Shown in pieces: positions 26,585-28,038 of a stretch of DNA of 28,038 nt (the stretch's first letter is position 1; each line of letters opens with the position of its first letter). The DNA is from Methanotrichaceae archaeon (GTDB lineage: Archaea > Halobacteriota > Methanosarcinia > Methanotrichales > Methanotrichaceae): positions 1-28,038 of the forward strand of contig CAVWIG010000049.1 in NCBI GenBank assembly GCA_963754945.1, read 5' to 3'. A model generated the notes under the pieces. It was not told the origin of the DNA and made no database searches. It saw only the letters and a program-made list of their open reading frames with translations. The position numbers and the translations under genes are program-made.

Positions 26585-27147
26585 CTTGCTGAAGAGTTTA
26601 GGAGGATTGGAATATGTTTTTTGTATGCATAAATGGCATTACCATCCTGGTATTGAGGCGTTGCGTCTTATTGCTCGATCAGGAAAGATTGGAGAAATTG
26701 AGGAATTAGATACCACGAGGCATGGCTGGGTAAATGATTTTCATGGCGGGGATATTTTTTGGACTCTAGCGGTTCACGATCTTACGATTATCAAACATAT
26801 TTTAGGCTATATTCCGGACAAGATTAAAGCCATAGACGTTATTTGTAACGAAAAAGGATTACCTGTCAGTTTAATTGCTCAATTAGGAGATAAACCTGCG
26901 GTTTTTATATCGGTCAACGGGAGGGAGAATAAAAAAATAAGCGGCGTAAGTATTCATGGAGAAAAAGGCTCCGCCGAACTTCAAAATGCTTATGACGGCT
27001 ATATCACTTTAAAAAATGATGCAGGTGAAGAGATGGTACCCATTGACACTACATTTCCTCTTTTCCTGGAATTAAAGGAATTTGTGAGATATCTGGATAA
27101 TGGTCCTAAGCCGCGATGCGATCTTTATAGCGCCGAGGAAGTAACTA

Positions 27148-28038
27148 GTGTCGCGTCAATATTGAAGTGACATAAGGTTTAAGATATATTATCTTCATAT
27201 CCAATGTGGGGTAATAGCAATGAAGAAATATATCGTAACGCTTACTGAGGACGAGCGCAAAGCTCTTAGCGACCTTACAGTCAAGGGAAAGCAAAAATCA
27301 CAGAAGATCCTCAATGCATTAATATTGCTCGGTTGTGATGAAGGTGAGTACCAAACAGAGGGCTCGACGAATGAAGAAATAGCCCGTGTGCTCCATATAA
27401 GCATGAGAAAGATAGACCGTTTAAAAAAGCGATTTGTAGAGGGAGGTCTTGATTCAGCTCTTGAAAGAAGAACGGGAAACCGCATCTATGCCAAGAAGAC
27501 CGATGGAGATTTTGAAGCCCATTTAGTTGCATTGAGTTGCAGCGAACCACCAGATGGTTTTGCGCGGTGGTCTTTGAGGCTGTTAGCCGATAAGGTCGTC
27601 GAGCTCAACTACATTGACAGCATTTCTCATGAAGCTGTGCGTCAAATTTTAAAAAAACGAGATCAAGCCATGGCAACGCAAAGGATGGGTAATTCCGCCA
27701 AATCAAAACGGTAGCTTCGTCGCAAATATGGAAAGGGTATTGGATGTTTATAAGCGTCCGTTTGATTCATATCATCCGGTTGTATGCATGGACGAATCTC
27801 CAAAGCAGCTGATATCCGAGACAAGAGTACCTATTGCAATATCTCCAGGGCGGGCTGCCAAACACGACTATGAATACAAACGCTGCGGCTTATCAAATAT
27901 TTTCCTTGCATGCGAACCGTTGGCCGGGAAGCGTATGGTAAAGGTCACTGAAAGAAAAACTGCGCTGGACTGGGCTTGCTTTATGGAAGATGTCGCCGCC
28001 CAATACGAACATGCAGAAAAGATAACATTGGTGATGGA
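27148..28038 (+). mobile_element. IS630 family element (runs off the window)
   Basis: Probable left end after TA at 27146-27147, followed by a two-frame transposase. The right end is not in the window, so the left boundary is inferred. Confidence 0.8.
27220..28038 (+). CDS. IS630 transposase, orfA/orfB joined by a -1 frameshift (partial)
   Basis: orfA HTH with RWSLRLLAD. A7C slippery site at 27651-27658. The -1 frame reads NEIKPWQRKGWVIPP...VVCMDE...DYEYKRCG...KITLVM to the window end. Confidence 0.92.

Larger units (their letters stand above)
25029..27170 (+). pseudogene. Gfo/Idh/MocA family oxidoreductase, interrupted by the tnpB element and 3'-truncated by IS630
   Basis: IGLIGCGNWG and IFSEKT in 25029-25321; HKWHYHP and WTLAVHDL in 26585-27147. 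Removing 25322-26584 rejoins the frame exactly (EDFN-LLKSLGG). Confidence 0.9.

Noticed and set aside
25322-26588. CTTG as a 4-bp target-site duplication
   Set aside because: IS200/IS605 elements do not duplicate targets. TTTAA on the left and TTCAC on the right fit family rules, so the repeat is treated as coincidental boundary ambiguity.
27651-27658. IS630 frameshift as a pseudogene lesion or novelty
   Set aside because: An A-run -1 frameshift between orfA and orfB is normal for IS630.

Overview
Archaeal window, most consistent with a Methanotrichales/Methanosarcinales-type methanogen (inferred from the archaeal tetraether synthase, the hemL-hemC-cobA/hemD-ahbC operon, the DUF11 surface protein and LarC). 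A housekeeping core (tetrapyrrole/alternative heme operon, cohesin/DUF11 surface protein, larC) is flanked by a patchwork of stress and accessory genes: GT4 glycosyltransferase, universal stress protein, iron-sulfur flavoprotein, TetR regulator, isochorismatase-family hydrolase and a Gfo/Idh/MocA oxidoreductase. There are several pseudogenes (Hsp20, nitroreductase, ABC-2 permease, MFS fragment) and several mobile elements: an IS701-like IS with an 8-bp target duplication, a tnpB-only IS200/IS605 element, an IS630 element and non-autonomous palindromic IS200/IS605 derivatives. The most notable feature is a tightly coupled three-gene operon at 6914-11267, divergent from a TetR gene. It encodes a radical SAM/SPASM protein resembling GMGT synthase, a 14-TMS MFS transporter and a clear tetraether lipid synthase (Tes/MJ0619 family), and is a candidate regulated module for membrane-spanning lipid synthesis and transport. 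The same MFS gene occurs four times in the window. All family assignments come from motifs and recall; no searches were run.
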